The position numbers and the translations under genes were made by a program. From Somniosus microcephalus (taxonomy: Eukaryota), in NCBI GenBank assembly GCA_052327205.1, contig CM126206.1:286812001-286876000 (forward strand): 64,000 nt of DNA, read 5' to 3'. Below are positions 36,985-50,196 of the stretch, piece after piece (positions within the stretch are counted from its first letter, which is position 1; each line of letters begins with the position of its first letter). The notes under the pieces were generated by a model, which did not search any database, had not been told where the DNA came from, and worked only from the letters and a program-made list of their open reading frames with translations.

Positions 36985-37448
36985 AAAAGAAAAACTTGCA
37001 TTTATATAGCGCCTTTCATGACCACCGGACGTCTCAAAGTGCTTTACAGCCAATGAAGTACTTTTGAAGTGAAGTACCGTTGTAATGTGGGAAACGCAGC
37101 AGCCAGTTTGCACACAGCAAGGTCCCACAAACAGCAATGTGATAATGACCAGATAATCTGTTTTTATTATGTTGGTTGAGGGATAAATATTGGCCAGGAC
37201 ACCGGGGATAACTCCCCTACTCTTCTTCGAAATAATGCCATGGGATCTTTTACGTCCACTTGAGAAAGCAAACGGGGCCTCGGGTTAACGTCTCATCCGA
37301 AAGACGGCACCTCCGACAGTGCAGCACTCCCTCAGCACTGCACTGGAGTGTCAGCCTAGTTTTATGTGCTCAAGTCCCTGGAGTGGGACTTGAACCCACA
37401 ACCTTCTGACTCAGAGGCAAGGGTGCTACCCACTGAGCCACAGCTGAC
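36985..37448 (-). mobile_element. Full-length SacSINE1-like SINE
   Basis: Near-consensus copy. Confidence 0.92.
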
Positions 37449-37451
37449 GCA

Positions 37452-37858
37452 CTTGCTTTTATGTAGCCCCTTTCACAACCTCTGGATGTCCCAAAGTGCT
37501 TTAGCTCCAATTAAATACTTTTGAAGTGTAGTCACTGTTGTAATATAGGAAATGTGGCAGCCAATTTGTGCACAGCAAGGTTCCACAAACAGCAATGTGA
37601 TAAAGACCAGTTAGCAATGTTGGTTTGGGGAGAACACTTCTGCTCTTTGAATAGTGCCATGGGATCTTTTACATCCACCTGAGAAGGCCTCGGTGTAATG
37701 TCTCATCTGAAAGACAGCACCTCCGACAGTGCAGCACTCCCTCAATACTGAATTGAAGTGTTAGCCTAGATGTTGTGATCAACTTTCTGGGGTGGGACTT
37801 GAATTGACAACCTACTGACTCTGAGGCAAGCGTGCTACCACTGAGCCACGGCTGACAC
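37452..37858 (-). mobile_element. Second, more diverged SINE directly adjacent in the same orientation
   Basis: Same family; small deletions. Confidence 0.88.
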
Positions 37859-39184
37859 TTGTATTAGGTGCGTTCTAGAGATCAGGTTTTTGGATCAATT
37901 CAGGCAAATCTAAAGTGGGCCAATATTCTTTTCCTGATCTGTTTGTGACTGAGGCGCACATTGCAGATTGAACGGAATGTCGCACAGCATCCTCCAGCAA
38001 GTTCCCCATCGTCGCTGCGGCCAACTGTGTTTCTAATCATTTTAACGGATCAAATAGGTTCAATGCTTTTAATCACTTAATAAGTTGAGATTAACTTTAT
38101 TTTTGTTAATGATCAAACATTTTACAATGGGCCAAGGTACATTAGTCAGAAGGTGAAACATGCCAATGGGAATGTAACAATAGTGCACATTCAGTAAACG
38201 ATCCCAGAGCTCAGGCTGGCACATGTTGTTCTGAGAACCATCTGATTTCACAGGTGTGCTATGTTCTGACTCTTTACACTATAGTATTTCAACTCGTAAA
38301 TCATTGCCACTGCATCGAGAAATTAGATAGTTTTGGGCTGAGATAGGGTAGAGCGTAACACCTGGTTGTTCTGTTTCACCAACTGGGAATGTTCAGAGAG
38401 TGGGAGGATCCTGGTTCCTTCCAAATTTTTCATTGAAGGCAGTGTGGAAAATGGTTCACAACAGTGTACTTTTCAACCTGAATCCATAAAGGGAGTCAGA
38501 TAATTGGTCAAAGAATCTGAGAGGAGATGAGGAGAAATGTTTTTAAGCAGCGAGTTGTTATGATCTGGAATGCACTGCCTGAAAGGGTGGTGGAAGCAGA
38601 TTCAGTAGTAATTTTCAAATGGGAATTGGCTATCTACTTGCAAAGAAAACTTTTGCAGAGCTATGGTGAAAGAACGGGGGAGTGGGACTAATTGGATCGC
38701 TCTTTCAAAAAGTCGGCACCAGCACGTTGGGTCTAATAGCCTCCTTTTAAGATTCTACGTAGCATGTGGAGGTGTTTTGAGTTCATAGTAAGCCTTCAGA
38801 CCTTTCACACACTCATCATCAGTTATAACTGTTTCCAGAGAGCACACGGATGAACTGGCCACAGGAGAACTGCTGTACAACAAACAGAGAACCAAACTGA
38901 ATTCGGAATCCCAATTGGGCCATTTAAAGTCAACTGGAAAAGACCAGAGCATCAGACCAAGTCAGGTCACGCTCCAGTTGTGCTTTTCGAAAAGGCAGAT
39001 GAACTTTGGGAATTTGTGAACACTGCAGCCTTATTCTTGTTTGCATTTTTATTTTGCTGGAGAATAAGTTGTGCAACTTTAAGTTTAAAAAAAGCGTTGA
39101 AATTCTTTGGCAATTCAATGGTCTCCCGTCATATTGGAGCCGGGCGTGGAATGCGAGTACCTAATGGGGATCGACGCACATGAA

Positions 39185-39497
39185 GATCCCATAAGCAGCA
39201 ATGAGATAATGACCAGATAATCTGTTTTTAGTGATGTTGTTTGAGGGATAAATGTTGGCCAGGAAACTGGGGAGAACTCCCCTGCTCTTCTTTGAATAGT
39301 GTCATGGGATCTTTTACATCCACTTGAGAGGGAAGACGGGGCCTCGGTTTAAGGACTCATCCAAAAGATGGCACCTCCGACAATGCAGCACTCCCTCAGT
39401 ACTGCACTGATCTATCAGCCTAGATTATGTGCTCAATCTCTGGAGTGGAGCTTGAACTCACAACCTTCTAACTCAGAGTGAGAGTGCTACCCACTGA
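39185..39497 (-). mobile_element. SacSINE1-like SINE, partial
   Basis: Deu core and head. Confidence 0.85.
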
Positions 39498-40603
39498 CTA
39501 AAGGCAGTCAATGCGCTTTTCATATTAATCGTTCTTTTTAAAATTAGAGTAAGTTCTTTTAAGGTTAGTTCTGCCAGCCCCATGATTGATAAAGGAGAGT
39601 TTATCGTGTCGGACTATCATACTTAAAGAAAACTACATGAGTGGAGCTGGCACAATGATACCCCCTGCACTGGCACAGTACCACAAGAGCCCCAGTATAC
39701 ATATCTGACATGATGGCACATGAGTTCTGACGAAAGGTCATCGACCTGAAACGTTAACTCTGTTTCTCTCTTCACAGATGCTGCCTGACCCACTGAGTGT
39801 TTCCAGCATTTTCTGTTTATATTTCAGATTTCCAGCATCCGCAGTATTTTGCCTTTTGTATATATATCTGTCCAGATTCAAAGGAACTGTATTCATCTGA
39901 ATCGCCCGTTGCTGCTAATTATTTTAAATGGCGATCTGGCAAGTATGCCCACAGACAATTGCCCGATGTATAATATCATCGTGGAGGAATATCATGGTGT
40001 CAACACAGTACGAATTCTACAAAAAAATCTCAGTTCCCAGTGTCTCTGGCTAGTGGTTCACTGTAAAACATGAGCTTGAGAGAGAGAGGAATGAGAGAAA
40101 TCAGTGAGCGTGCAGGTATCGGCCTCTTGTATCTAGGTTTATGGAGCAGTTTGAAGGGATTCAGCCTCCCCTCAGCTGTGTATTGCACAATAGCCCCATT
40201 ATACACAAGAGGAATTGGTCCAAAAGGTTGGATTACAAGAGACAAGGTTAGGAGAGTAGCTGGCATTAGGTCCATTACTGTAAAATTCATGGTTTTGGTG
40301 CAATGCAGCATGATTCCATTTTTACCATGACATTGATGGGATAAAATTCAATCTATATACTTATCATATTAGACAACTTGCTAAATGGCATCTTGCATAA
40401 TACTTACTGTGCCATGTACTGACACATCATTAGTGTAATTAGATATTAGATATGATGTAGTCTCTAACCACAAGGGACAATCTCGAATGCTTTAGGAAAT
40501 GTCAGTGACAGATAGCTAGCAATAGTTTTGTTTTTTAAATGAGAGTTGTGAATGATATTGTGACTTTAGACATATAACAGCCTCCCTTTTTGATTTGCAA
40601 CTA

Positions 40604-40865
40604 CAGTAAACTCTTGTTTAAACGGCACTTAATCATCCGGAATTCTTTAATAACCGGCAAAATAGATAACCGGTAACCTTGCCGAATCCATCCAGCACTC
40701 ATTTTGCCGAGTCCGAGTCTCCCGCGGTGGCCGAGTTAGTTGGTGGTTTTTATTTTTGTTTGTGTTAAAAATTGCCTTGGTAGGTATACCTCTCTGTTAA
40801 GCAGAATTTTTCATCAACTGGCACCATCCTGGTCCCGTAGGTGCTGGATAAGAAAGAGTTTACTG
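40604..40865. mobile_element. TA-flanked MITE, related subfamily without the X-box motif
   Basis: TA|CAGTAAACTCT...AGAGTTTACTG|TA; shares ggcac...ggtcccgt.ggtgc.ggataa subterminal sequence. Confidence 0.85.
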
Positions 40866-41659
40866 TATCCAGTCGATTTTGTGAATGACACTGTGAAAAG
40901 TTGCAATAGAAACACAAAAACTAACGACCTTAGCTTAAGGATTAGTTGACACCACACTCCAAAGCCTCATTGAATGCCTGAACATGAAGTGCCGCGATTC
41001 TCTCCAGTATCGTTACTATGTAAGATTTATTGCATAAAATCATGAGTGATGTGCGATGAACATAAAATGGCAGCAAACTTTTCTCCAAGCGATCGATATC
41101 AAAGGTTACCGTCTGTCGGAGGCTATGATCACTGTCCAAACATTCTCATTCTATTAAAAAATGTACACGATCTCCAAAATGAATTAGCAGAGGTAGGAAA
41201 CAGGCAATATCATCAACAGTTAGGTGCACAAGAATAAGATTGTTATACTGTAAAAAACAAATACCAAAGGAGTAGACAAGGGGTATCTGGCATATGGCTG
41301 GCAGCAGTGAATGTAGAAGGTAATCGTTATTGATATGTATGTATATGTACATACATACATACGTGTGTGTATATTCAGCATCACTTGCCTCCAATGAATT
41401 AGAGTTATCAGCTGAGTTGCTAGTTTCTGATGATAAGAACGGTCAAAGAATGGTGCACACCCATCCCACACCGAATTTCTGATCTAAACTTCCAGAGGGT
41501 GCGAATCCCTGCTGAGAGCACGAGATCGGAATATTACTCCCGACACATCACAATACATTTTTATGGCAAAGGGTTGCAGAATTTTACCAATGTTTTGGGG
41601 ATCACGTCCTGAGTTCTAACCCTAGTCTGAGAATAATACCATGCAATTCGTAGACCAAA

Positions 41660-42520
41660 GCCATTGTCCTCTTACCCCACCACAAACTCTCTTTCCTCGC
41701 CACCAACTCCACCCTTCTCCCTGGCAACTGTCGAGGCTGAACCAGACCGTTCACAACCATGGCGTCCTATCTGACCTTGAGCTTAGCTTCTGACTTCATA
41801 ACCACTCCATCACCAAGACTGCCTACTTCCATCTCTGTAACATCGTCCATCTCCACCCTGCCTCAGCTCATCTGCTGCTGAAATCCTCATCCATGCCTTT
41901 GTTATCTCCAGACTCGACTACTCCAATGCTCTCCAGGCCGGCCTCCCACTCCACCCTCCATAAACTTGAGCTCATCCAAAACTCTGCTGCCTGTATCCTA
42001 ACTCGTACCAAGTCCTGTTCACCCATCACCCCTGTGCTCGCTGCCCCGTGTCCTAACTCGTACCAAGTCCTGTTCACCCATCACCCCTGTGCTCACTGAC
42101 CTACATTGGCTTCTGGTCTGGCAATGCCTCTATTTTAAAATTTGCATCTTTGTTCTCAAATCCCTCCATGACCTCGTCCCTCCCTTTCTTTATAACCTCC
42201 TCCTGCCCTACAACCCTCTGAGATCTCTGCGCTCCTCCAATTCTGGTCTCTTGCATATCCCCAATTTTCATTGCTCCACCATTGATGGCCGTGCCTTCAG
42301 CTGCCTAGCCCCTGAGCTCTGGAATTCCCTCCCTAAACCTCTCTACCTCTCTCTCCTCCTTTAAGATGCTTCTTAAAACCTACCTGTTTGACCAAGCTTT
42401 TGGTCACCTGTCCTAATAGCTCCTTATGTGGCTCAGTGTCAAATTTTGTCTGATAACGCTCCTGTGAAGCACCTTGGGACGTTTTACTTTATATAAGGCA
42501 CTATATAAGTGCAAGTTGTT
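41660..42520 (+). mobile_element. L2 LINE 3' fragment with a 55-bp internal tandem duplication (41996/42051)
   Basis: LHKLELIQNSAACILTRTKSCSPITPVL, DLHWL; L2 tail. Confidence 0.9.
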
Positions 42521-42564
42521 ATTTTACAGCCGGGCAGTGTGTAAATCATTATTTATTTTGCACT

Positions 42565-42806
42565 AGTTCGAAGAAGAGCAGAGGAGTTCACCCCTGTGCC
42601 CTGGTCAATATTTATCCCCGAACCAAAATCGCTAAAACAGATTATCTGGTCATTATCACATTGCTGTTTTTGGGAGCTTGCTATGCGCAAATTGGCTGCC
42701 ACGTTTCCTACATTATAACAATGACTACACTTCAAAAAGTATTTCTTTGGCTGATAAGCTCTTTGGGACATCCTGAGGTTGTGAAAGGCGCTGTATAAAA
42801 TACAAA
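42565..42806 (+). mobile_element. SINE 3' half
   Basis: ttcgaagaagagcag...aaaggcgctgtataaaatacaa. Confidence 0.85.
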
Positions 42807-44130
42807 GGGGGAGAAATTCATTATAGCCTCGTTTGGGGCGCTAACTTTTAAAAGGTGAAAACATTTGCGCCAGGCGCTAATGTTTCTCAACTTTGAAAAA
42901 ATTCGGTTTTGCACTCCAGGATGGAAGTGGAGCGCTGAATCAAGCGCTGCATTTCCTGCCTGGAGCGTAACAGGCAGCAGGCGGGGCGGTAGGTGAGCAG
43001 CACTGCACACTGGGCCGTGCAGCACTGCCGCGTTGGAAGGCTCATTCCCTCCCTTAAAGGGAAGGGCCATCGCTGCAGGCTCTGCAAGGGGAAAACTTAT
43101 CTGGTCCCCGACGGCAGCCGCGATCCGGGCCGATCAGCCCGATGCACTGCAGCAGAGTGCCGGGCTGATCGATCGCTGGAGCAGGAAACTGAAAAAAAAC
43201 CAGAAACAGCAATTCAGTTTCGCCCCCCCCTCCAGGCGCCTGGCCTCCCGATGAATGCCTCCCGCAGCTGCCGGTGTTTTCACCCGGTGATGCTGCAGGG
43301 GGCGGAACCGAAGTTCGGGGCTTGAACGATGCGCATGGCGATGACGTCACGATCTGCGGGGAGGAGGAGGGGGTGGGGGTTGTGGAGGACGAGACGGCGG
43401 GGGAGGGGGGGTGGGGAGGAGGAGACGGTGGGGGAGGGGGGGTGGGGAGGAGGAGACGGCGGGGGAGAGCGGTGGGGAGGAGGAGACAGCGGGGGAGGGG
43501 GGTTGGGGAGGAGGAGGAGACGGCAGGGGAGGGGGGTGGGGAGAAGGAGACAGCGGGGGAGGGGGGTGGGGAGGAGCAGGCGGCGGGGGAGGGGGGATTG
43601 GGGAGAAGGAGATGGCGGGGGAGGGGGGTGGGGAGAAGGAGACAGCGGGGGAGGGGGGTGGGAGGAGGAGACAGCGGGGGAGGGGGGTGGGGAGGAGGAG
43701 ACAACGGGGGAGGGGGTGGGGAGGAGGAGATGGCGGGGGAGGGGGGGTGGGTAGGAGGGGATGGTGGGTGAGGCGGTGGGGGTGCGGGGATGCGGCAGGA
43801 TACCCTGGATGACAGCAGCCCAGGTTATGTTCTAGGGTCCTTGTGGAGCACTCCTGCTTCTCCTGGTCCCACAAAAGTAACCGAACGTGTACTTTTGGTC
43901 CCCTGTGGCTGTACCGCCAGTGAAACTGGTCGGAACATTCCCGGTGTCCACTCCCACCCGGCTGTCTCCTAAAATGGCAATCAGGCACCTGTATCTATCA
44001 TAAGACCCTAAATTGCATATTAAAAATGCCTCCTGCCTGTAAAAGGCAAGCACGGTGGCCGCCCAGCAATAGGCCCTTTTAAAAATGGCGGTGGCTGGTA
44101 TGTCAGAATTAGTGGGGTATTAAGTCGACT
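42807..44130. mobile_element. GC-rich Harbinger-type non-autonomous segment(s); right end not defined
   Basis: Starts gggggagaaattca, like the 10660 TIR; CpG-rich; no matching right TIR seen. Confidence 0.5.
43358..43760 (+). repeat. Purine-rich ~30-bp minisatellite (GGGGAGGAGGAGACGGCGGGGGAGGGGGGT), about 13 copies
   Basis: Directly visible. Confidence 0.92.
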
Positions 44131-44739
44131 GACCTCATTTGGAGGCCACTGGCGCATAGTTAATGCAGATTTGGCCAAGTTAAAATTGGACATGTAGAAT
44201 TTTGCAAGAGGCTATTCGGCCCATCATGCCTGTGCCAGCTCTCTGAAAGAGCTATCCAATTAGTTTCATTTCACTGCCCTTTCCCCGTACCATTTAATTT
44301 TTTTCTTTTTCAAATATTTGGTGCTTTTAAAGACTATTATGAAATCGTCTTCATCCTCTCTTCCATTCTAATATCTCCTAGAGTTGTTCAGTTGGGTGGA
44401 GGTCAGAACTCTGTCCACAGACAATTTTATTTCCTAGCATATGATAGGATTGTCCTCCTTTGACATCACGTCACCATCAGGAGAGGATATGACACAAGCA
44501 GGACAGGAACGGGATATGGGTGTGTTGGTCTGTAGTGGTACAAACTCTCTCTGGTAAGGTAATGTTACAGGAACTTCAATCAGATAATGAAGGCAAGCTT
44601 CTTGGGCTGAAACAATGAGTCGGATGTAAGGACGATCTATTACAAAGAATTAACTCTTATAATCGGGCATGTTTACATTACTTATTCTCTTTCCACAGCA
44701 ATTGCTGATATTTCAGTACTACATTGGAAGCCTTTTTTA

Positions 44740-45020
44740 TTTATTCTTGGGATGTGGATGACAATGACAAGGTGATATTTATTACCCATTCCTTAGGGCA
44801 TTAGGAGTCAACCACATAGTATGTGACTGCAGTCACATGGAAGCCAGACTGGGTAGAGGTGGCAGGTTCCCTTCCCTGAAGGACATCAGTGAACCAGTTA
44901 AGTTTTTACAACTATTCATCGTCATGTCATCAGCCCAAAAATCACCAGATTTATTTCACAACTTGCCCTGATGGGATTTGAACTCCGACCTCTGCGTTGC
45001 TAGCCCAGTACCATAACGAG
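44740..45020 (-). mobile_element. Second tRNA-derived SINE family, degenerate copy
   Basis: ggcaggttcccttccctgaaggacatcagtgaaccagtt core; reverse complement of the 50197 element. Confidence 0.7.
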
Positions 45021-45299
45021 GCTGTTTTACCCACAGTATTAAAATATTCTGCATTCTATTACTTGCTCTGCTTTTAATGCATAAATGCACATCTAATGCC
45101 TACATCATTAAAGGACCTGCAGATTATTCATAGTGATTTACTAATACAAGCATTGGGAGCTTGCTAAGGATGGTCCTGTCCCTGAGTTTGTTCCATCCTT
45201 TATATATCAGCAGGGGAATTCTCGTGGTGTCCTAACTCAATATTTTAACCTCAACCAACATCACTAAAACAACTTATCTAGTCACTTATCTCATTCATG

Positions 45300-45690
45300 T
45301 CCCACTCCAGAGACATAATCCAGGCTGACACTTCAGTGCAGTGCTAAGCGAGTGCTGCACTGTCAGAGGTGCCGTCTTTCCGACGAGATGTTGAACCGAG
45401 GCCCCGTCTGTGCCCTTAGGTGGATCTAAAAATTCCCATGGCACTATTGGAAGAAGAGCAGGGGAGTTCTCCCCTGTGTCCTGGCCAATAATTACCCCTC
45501 AATCATCATCACTAAAATAGATTATCTGGTCATTATCACATTGCTGTTTGTGGGAGCTTGCTGTGCACAAATTGGCTGCCACATTTCCTACATTACAACA
45601 GTGACTGCACTTCAAGAAGTACTTCATTGGCTGTAAAGCACTTTGGATGTCCTGAGGTCGGGAAAGGCGCTATATAAATGCGAGTTCCTT
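45300..45690 (+). mobile_element. SacSINE1-like SINE lacking most of the head
   Basis: Deu core and tail. Confidence 0.88.
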
Positions 45691-45759
45691 TTTTCTAGGT
45701 ACACTGGTAATAGTTCTGACAGATGTGTAGATGTCAGTGCCATTGGCTCAGTTGACCCT

Positions 45760-46200
45760 TGCAGGGGAATTTTCTCTGCAGTGTTGCAAATGTGCTGGGT
45801 TTGCTTCAGTCCCTCGTCCTCTATCAGCTGTGATGATGGTGGGTTAGTCCTTGCCTCGTGCAGGTACCTCTGTCGGAGTCTTAGAAGCCTTTCTTCCACT
45901 GTCTGGATGTTGTGAAGATAAGCTAAGCGTATGTATCACGGGAAGCGATTTGCTGCCCTTATTGCCCAGTTCTGGATTGTTTGAGGTCTCCTCACCTGTG
46001 TGGCCACCTCTTGTTGCATCAGGCTGGGTAACTACATTCCAGGATCAGACGAGGGTAGCTTTGCACAATCTGAGGAAAATTCTTGGGCTGCCTCTGTGCT
46101 TCTTTCCACAAAGGACTTGTGTTTGGCCCAGTCTGTCAGTAAAGGCATCGATGAGTTGTGTCCAAATTGTTCCCAGGCACTTTGTTCTGCTGGTTTTTCA
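45760..46200 (-). pseudogene. Ancient LINE RT C-terminal fossil (I/Nimb/Jockey group-like)
   Basis: Manual translation across frameshifts: KCLGTIW...LCGKKHRGSPRIFLRLCKATLV*...ILECSYPA*...QTIQNWAIRAANRFP*YIRLAYLHNIQTVEERL. Confidence 0.6.
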
Positions 46201-47587
46201 AAGTGATTTAAATAAAGGGCCTCTTTAAGCATACTGATGTGAGTTGCTGGCTGATTTTCTTTCTCTTTGCGGTGGATAATCTATTTACAGTGGTGCATTT
46301 GTCCTTTTTAATAGAGTACAAGGTCAAATTCGGTTCTGATCAGTGCCCTCAAACTGAATTTGATCTGCGCCATATTTTTGGGATATGGTGAAGTACATTA
46401 TTAAAACAGCTTTGAGACACTTTAAGAAGAATCGCATCAGACTTCATGTCGAGAGCATTGAGTGGGCACGGGATTACTTTACAGACGGGTATTGTCAGGG
46501 GGGAAGGACAGAGAGCCAGTGCGGAGTAATTAGGCCCTTTGGTATGACTGAAATTAAAACTGTCCTAGTTTCGGTTGGTTGAGCAGACCCTTGCTAGCAT
46601 GAATGAAACTCTTGTCTCAGCCATTGCTTGGTCAAAAATGTTAAATCTTTTTCATCAACTTGTGTCAGGCAATCTTTAAGTCATTCATGCATCCGCCTAG
46701 GCTTAGATCAAGTAGTTAAAGAGACAGTACTGCTTTGTTATCCTACAGATTGGATTTTGGAGGAGAAAGTCATACCATCACAGCCTTTATTGTCTCACAT
46801 TGATTTCAATGTCATCCTGCTCTGAAAATCTCTTCAGGTTATAGAATATGGTTGAGAACTCTTCAAATCCTGGAGGGGTGCACATTTGTCCAGAAGACAC
46901 GATCTTACAGTATTGACATGAAGCAAAATTGTACCATATTTCACCTGAATGTTGTGACCTTGATCAGACAATCATTCAGACAAGTGTTTTGTTGATGTTA
47001 GCGAGGTTTCCCCAACCAGGCAACAGTTTTAATTTCAAGCATACCATCGATTTAATTATTTTGTGTTGTTTCTCTGCTGAATGTATCCATCTGTAACAGT
47101 AATGCTGCAACTGCTCAGTACACACAACAACCTCAGTTTTGGAACAGGACTATTTCATCCAGTTCACCATGACAGTCAATAGTGGCGTGACATTTAGGTC
47201 TGCTTTATGGGCTCATCTTCGATGTGGGTGCAGCTAAGGATGGGGTGGAGTCAGTTTTAATACGATGTCCGTGTGTTGCCAGTCACATTCAATTCAATTT
47301 TCTCCCCAGTCGCTCAACAGGTAAATGCACCACGTGGTGTGGTACTAAGCCCAAGGGTGCTGAGGTCAAATACAAGCCAGCTAATTTAGCCCAGACTGAC
47401 CCTGGAAACTTTCTATTCAGCAACACATCTGTTTACTCAATTGGAAAAGTCTCAGGCTTGGCTCAGTTTGATCTAAGATTTCAGATTTATTACCAACAGT
47501 TAGTAGTCAGACTGTGTGCCACCTCTGGTTAACTTTAAGTGCTAAGAAATCAATGACTTGGAAATTTGAACTAATTCCGTGGCAAAT

Positions 47588-48230
47588 TCCATCACCAAGA
47601 TCGCCTACTTCCACCTCTGAAGCATCGCCCGACTCCGCCCCTGCCTCAGTTCATCTGCTGCTGAAACCCTCACCCATGACTTTGTTGCATCTAGACTCAA
47701 CTATTCCAAAGCTCTCCAGGCCAGCCTCCCACCCTGCACCCTCCATAAACTTCAGCTCATCCAAAACTCTGCTGCCCGATCCTAACTTGCACCAAGTCCC
47801 GCTCACCCATCATCCCTGTGCTCGCTGACCTACATTGGCTCCTGGTTGATCAATGCCTCGATTTTAAAATTTGCATCCTTGTTTTCAAACTCCTCCATGG
47901 CCTCGCCCCCTCGTCCAGCCCGAAAACCCTCTGAGATATCTCTCCTCCTCCAATTCTGGCCTCTTGAGCAACCCCGATTTTAATTGCTCCACCATTGGTG
48001 GCCGTGCCGTCACCTGCTTAGGCCCTATGCTCTGGAATTCTCTCTCTAACTTTTTCACCTCTTCCTCTTTTCCTCCTTTAAGACGCTTCTTAAAACCTAT
48101 CTCTTTGACCAAGTATCTGCCCAAATATCTCCTTCTGTGGCTTGGTGTCAAATTTTGTTTGATAACGCTCCTGTGAAGCGACTTGGGACGTTTTACTACG
48201 TTAAAGGCGCTATATAAATGTAAGTTGCTG
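47588..48230 (+). mobile_element. L2 LINE 3' fragment
   Basis: Same family; intact tail aaaggcgctatataaatgtaag. Confidence 0.9.
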
Positions 48231-49237
48231 TTACTAAAATGTTTGTTTGTTGGGCTGCGCCTGTTGTTAATTTTTAATTATAATCCCTTTCAATAGGATT
48301 TTCAAAATTGAGGTCTGCAGGAGGGAGATAAAACCGAGGAACAGGTTTATCTCACAGTTTTCATTGTTTTATGAGGTGGAATCATTGACCCAAATGCGGG
48401 CTTGGAAGTACTGGTTACCCAATATCATTCCTTGGAGCAGAGACCAAATCAAAAACGTATGACAGATCAGTCAGGGTCTTTTTGAAATACTGTTACTTTT
48501 AAATCTCCCCTCTTTGATTTTCTAGCAAGTCACCCATAGCAGCCAACTTCACTCTGGCGGATTGCATCTGGACTTATAAACTGCAGTTACTATGCCTGGC
48601 AAATAAAAGGAGCTATATAAAAACCAGGTGGCAACTCTTGTTGCTAGCTCCTGTCAGAACAGGTGTGAATACAGAGACAGGAATCTGTACAGACAGTGGT
48701 GGGGGAGTGAACATTTAACCAGACACAGGATAGTCAATTTGACTTATCTTTGAAATGGAGTGAGCCATCTTTCCAGAATGTCAGGATTGTTTTGGCTAGG
48801 TTTGAAAGTGAAGCTGATGGAAATGGTTGATGAGTGTTGCTATCTTTAGCTTCAATAGCTTGGATCCGAGTGTGAGTTTGCCGTCCTTTTCCATCTGTTG
48901 TACACCTTTCAGGTGTTTCCTGGGATGGCTCATTAATAAGACCTGAAGAGAAGCTATTGATGTGCCTCATTTCCCACAAAATGAATCTCTGTCTCTTTTG
49001 ATCATATTTCTTCCTCCTTTGAGTATTTAGAGATGGTAGAGGTTGGATATGTGTATGTGTATATATATATATAAAATATCTTATGTGAGGGTCGCGCATG
49101 ACTTTCCATGTATGAGTGAGGGGTTAGCTCTCCCTATTTGCCTAGCTATGAGTAGTGGTGTGGCGGGGCAGGGAGAGGGGAAGGTGAACATGCACCTTTG
49201 GGGCTGGGAAGTCTCTGCCCCATCAGGTGAAGGGTAA

Positions 49238-49402
49238 CTTCTCTCCTTCCCTTCCCTCTTCTCTCCCTTCCCGCTGCTTCCTTCCCTCCGTCCTTCTGTC
49301 ACTCCCTCCTTCTTTCACTCCTTCTTTCTTTCACTCCCTCCTTTCTTCATCCTTCCTCCCTTCACTCCCTCCTTCCTTCACTCCCTTCCCTCCCTCCCAC
49401 TC
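49238..49402 (+). repeat. Polypyrimidine (CT-rich) low-complexity tract
   Basis: Directly visible. Confidence 0.85.
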
Positions 49403-49411
49403 TCAGCAGTA

Positions 49412-49745
49412 CAGGAAACTTCGCGATATCCGGCACCGACGGGGCCGAGCTGCTGCCGATCTATCAAAACTTCCGGATAGACCAGCGCTAATGTTGAAGG
49501 ATTACGGAGGTTTTCATCTCCGTATCTGACAACAAACACTGTTGCTTAGCAACAGCTTGTAAACACTCGGCCCGTACCTTGGAAGCATCTCTGAAGCTGT
49601 TGCTAAGCTACAGAGACGCTTTCCAGAGCCTGACTGTTAAAAAAATGCAAGGAGAAGAAAAAAACCTAACCAAAATGGCTGCTGATTTCTGCCGTTAGAT
49701 CGAGGTTTCCGGACATACAACCTCCGGATAAACCAAAGTTTTCTG
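49412..49745. mobile_element. TA-flanked MITE, copy in opposite orientation
   Basis: TA|CAGGAAACTT...AAGTTTTCTG|TA; GTTGCTTAGCAAC at 49541. Confidence 0.85.
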
Positions 49746-50196
49746 TACTTGGAATGCGCACTACCAAAGGTATTCTTTTAGACAGCATAAACAAAGCGGG
49801 GGTTGTCCAACCAAATGGCTTTAACTGTGGCAGACTCAGCATTTCGAGAGATCCTATCTGAACCCAGTGAGCCATCAGAAGTGCTGAAAGTACAGGGAAG
49901 GAGAACCATGCTGCGTGCATTTGAAATTGTTTCCCCCCCCCCCCCCCCCCTTGTGCACAATCTATTCAGCTGGTCCAGTACTCAGTTGTGATGACAGTGT
50001 TAAGTGTTTAGTCCAAGAAACTGTGGGCATTTCTCTTCACATATTAGTGGGAAATATTACTGGTTTATTGATACACAGCACAAGGTCCAGTAGCAAAGGG
50101 TCATTAGGCATTTTATGAGCACTAATTAATTTTTGACATGTAGAATGAGATAATCATCTGGTCACAAATGTCCCATCAAAGCATCATCATGCTGGT

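Noticed and set aside
43054-43988. Pro-rich and Gly/Glu-rich ORFs
   Set aside because: Translations of the purine-rich minisatellite.
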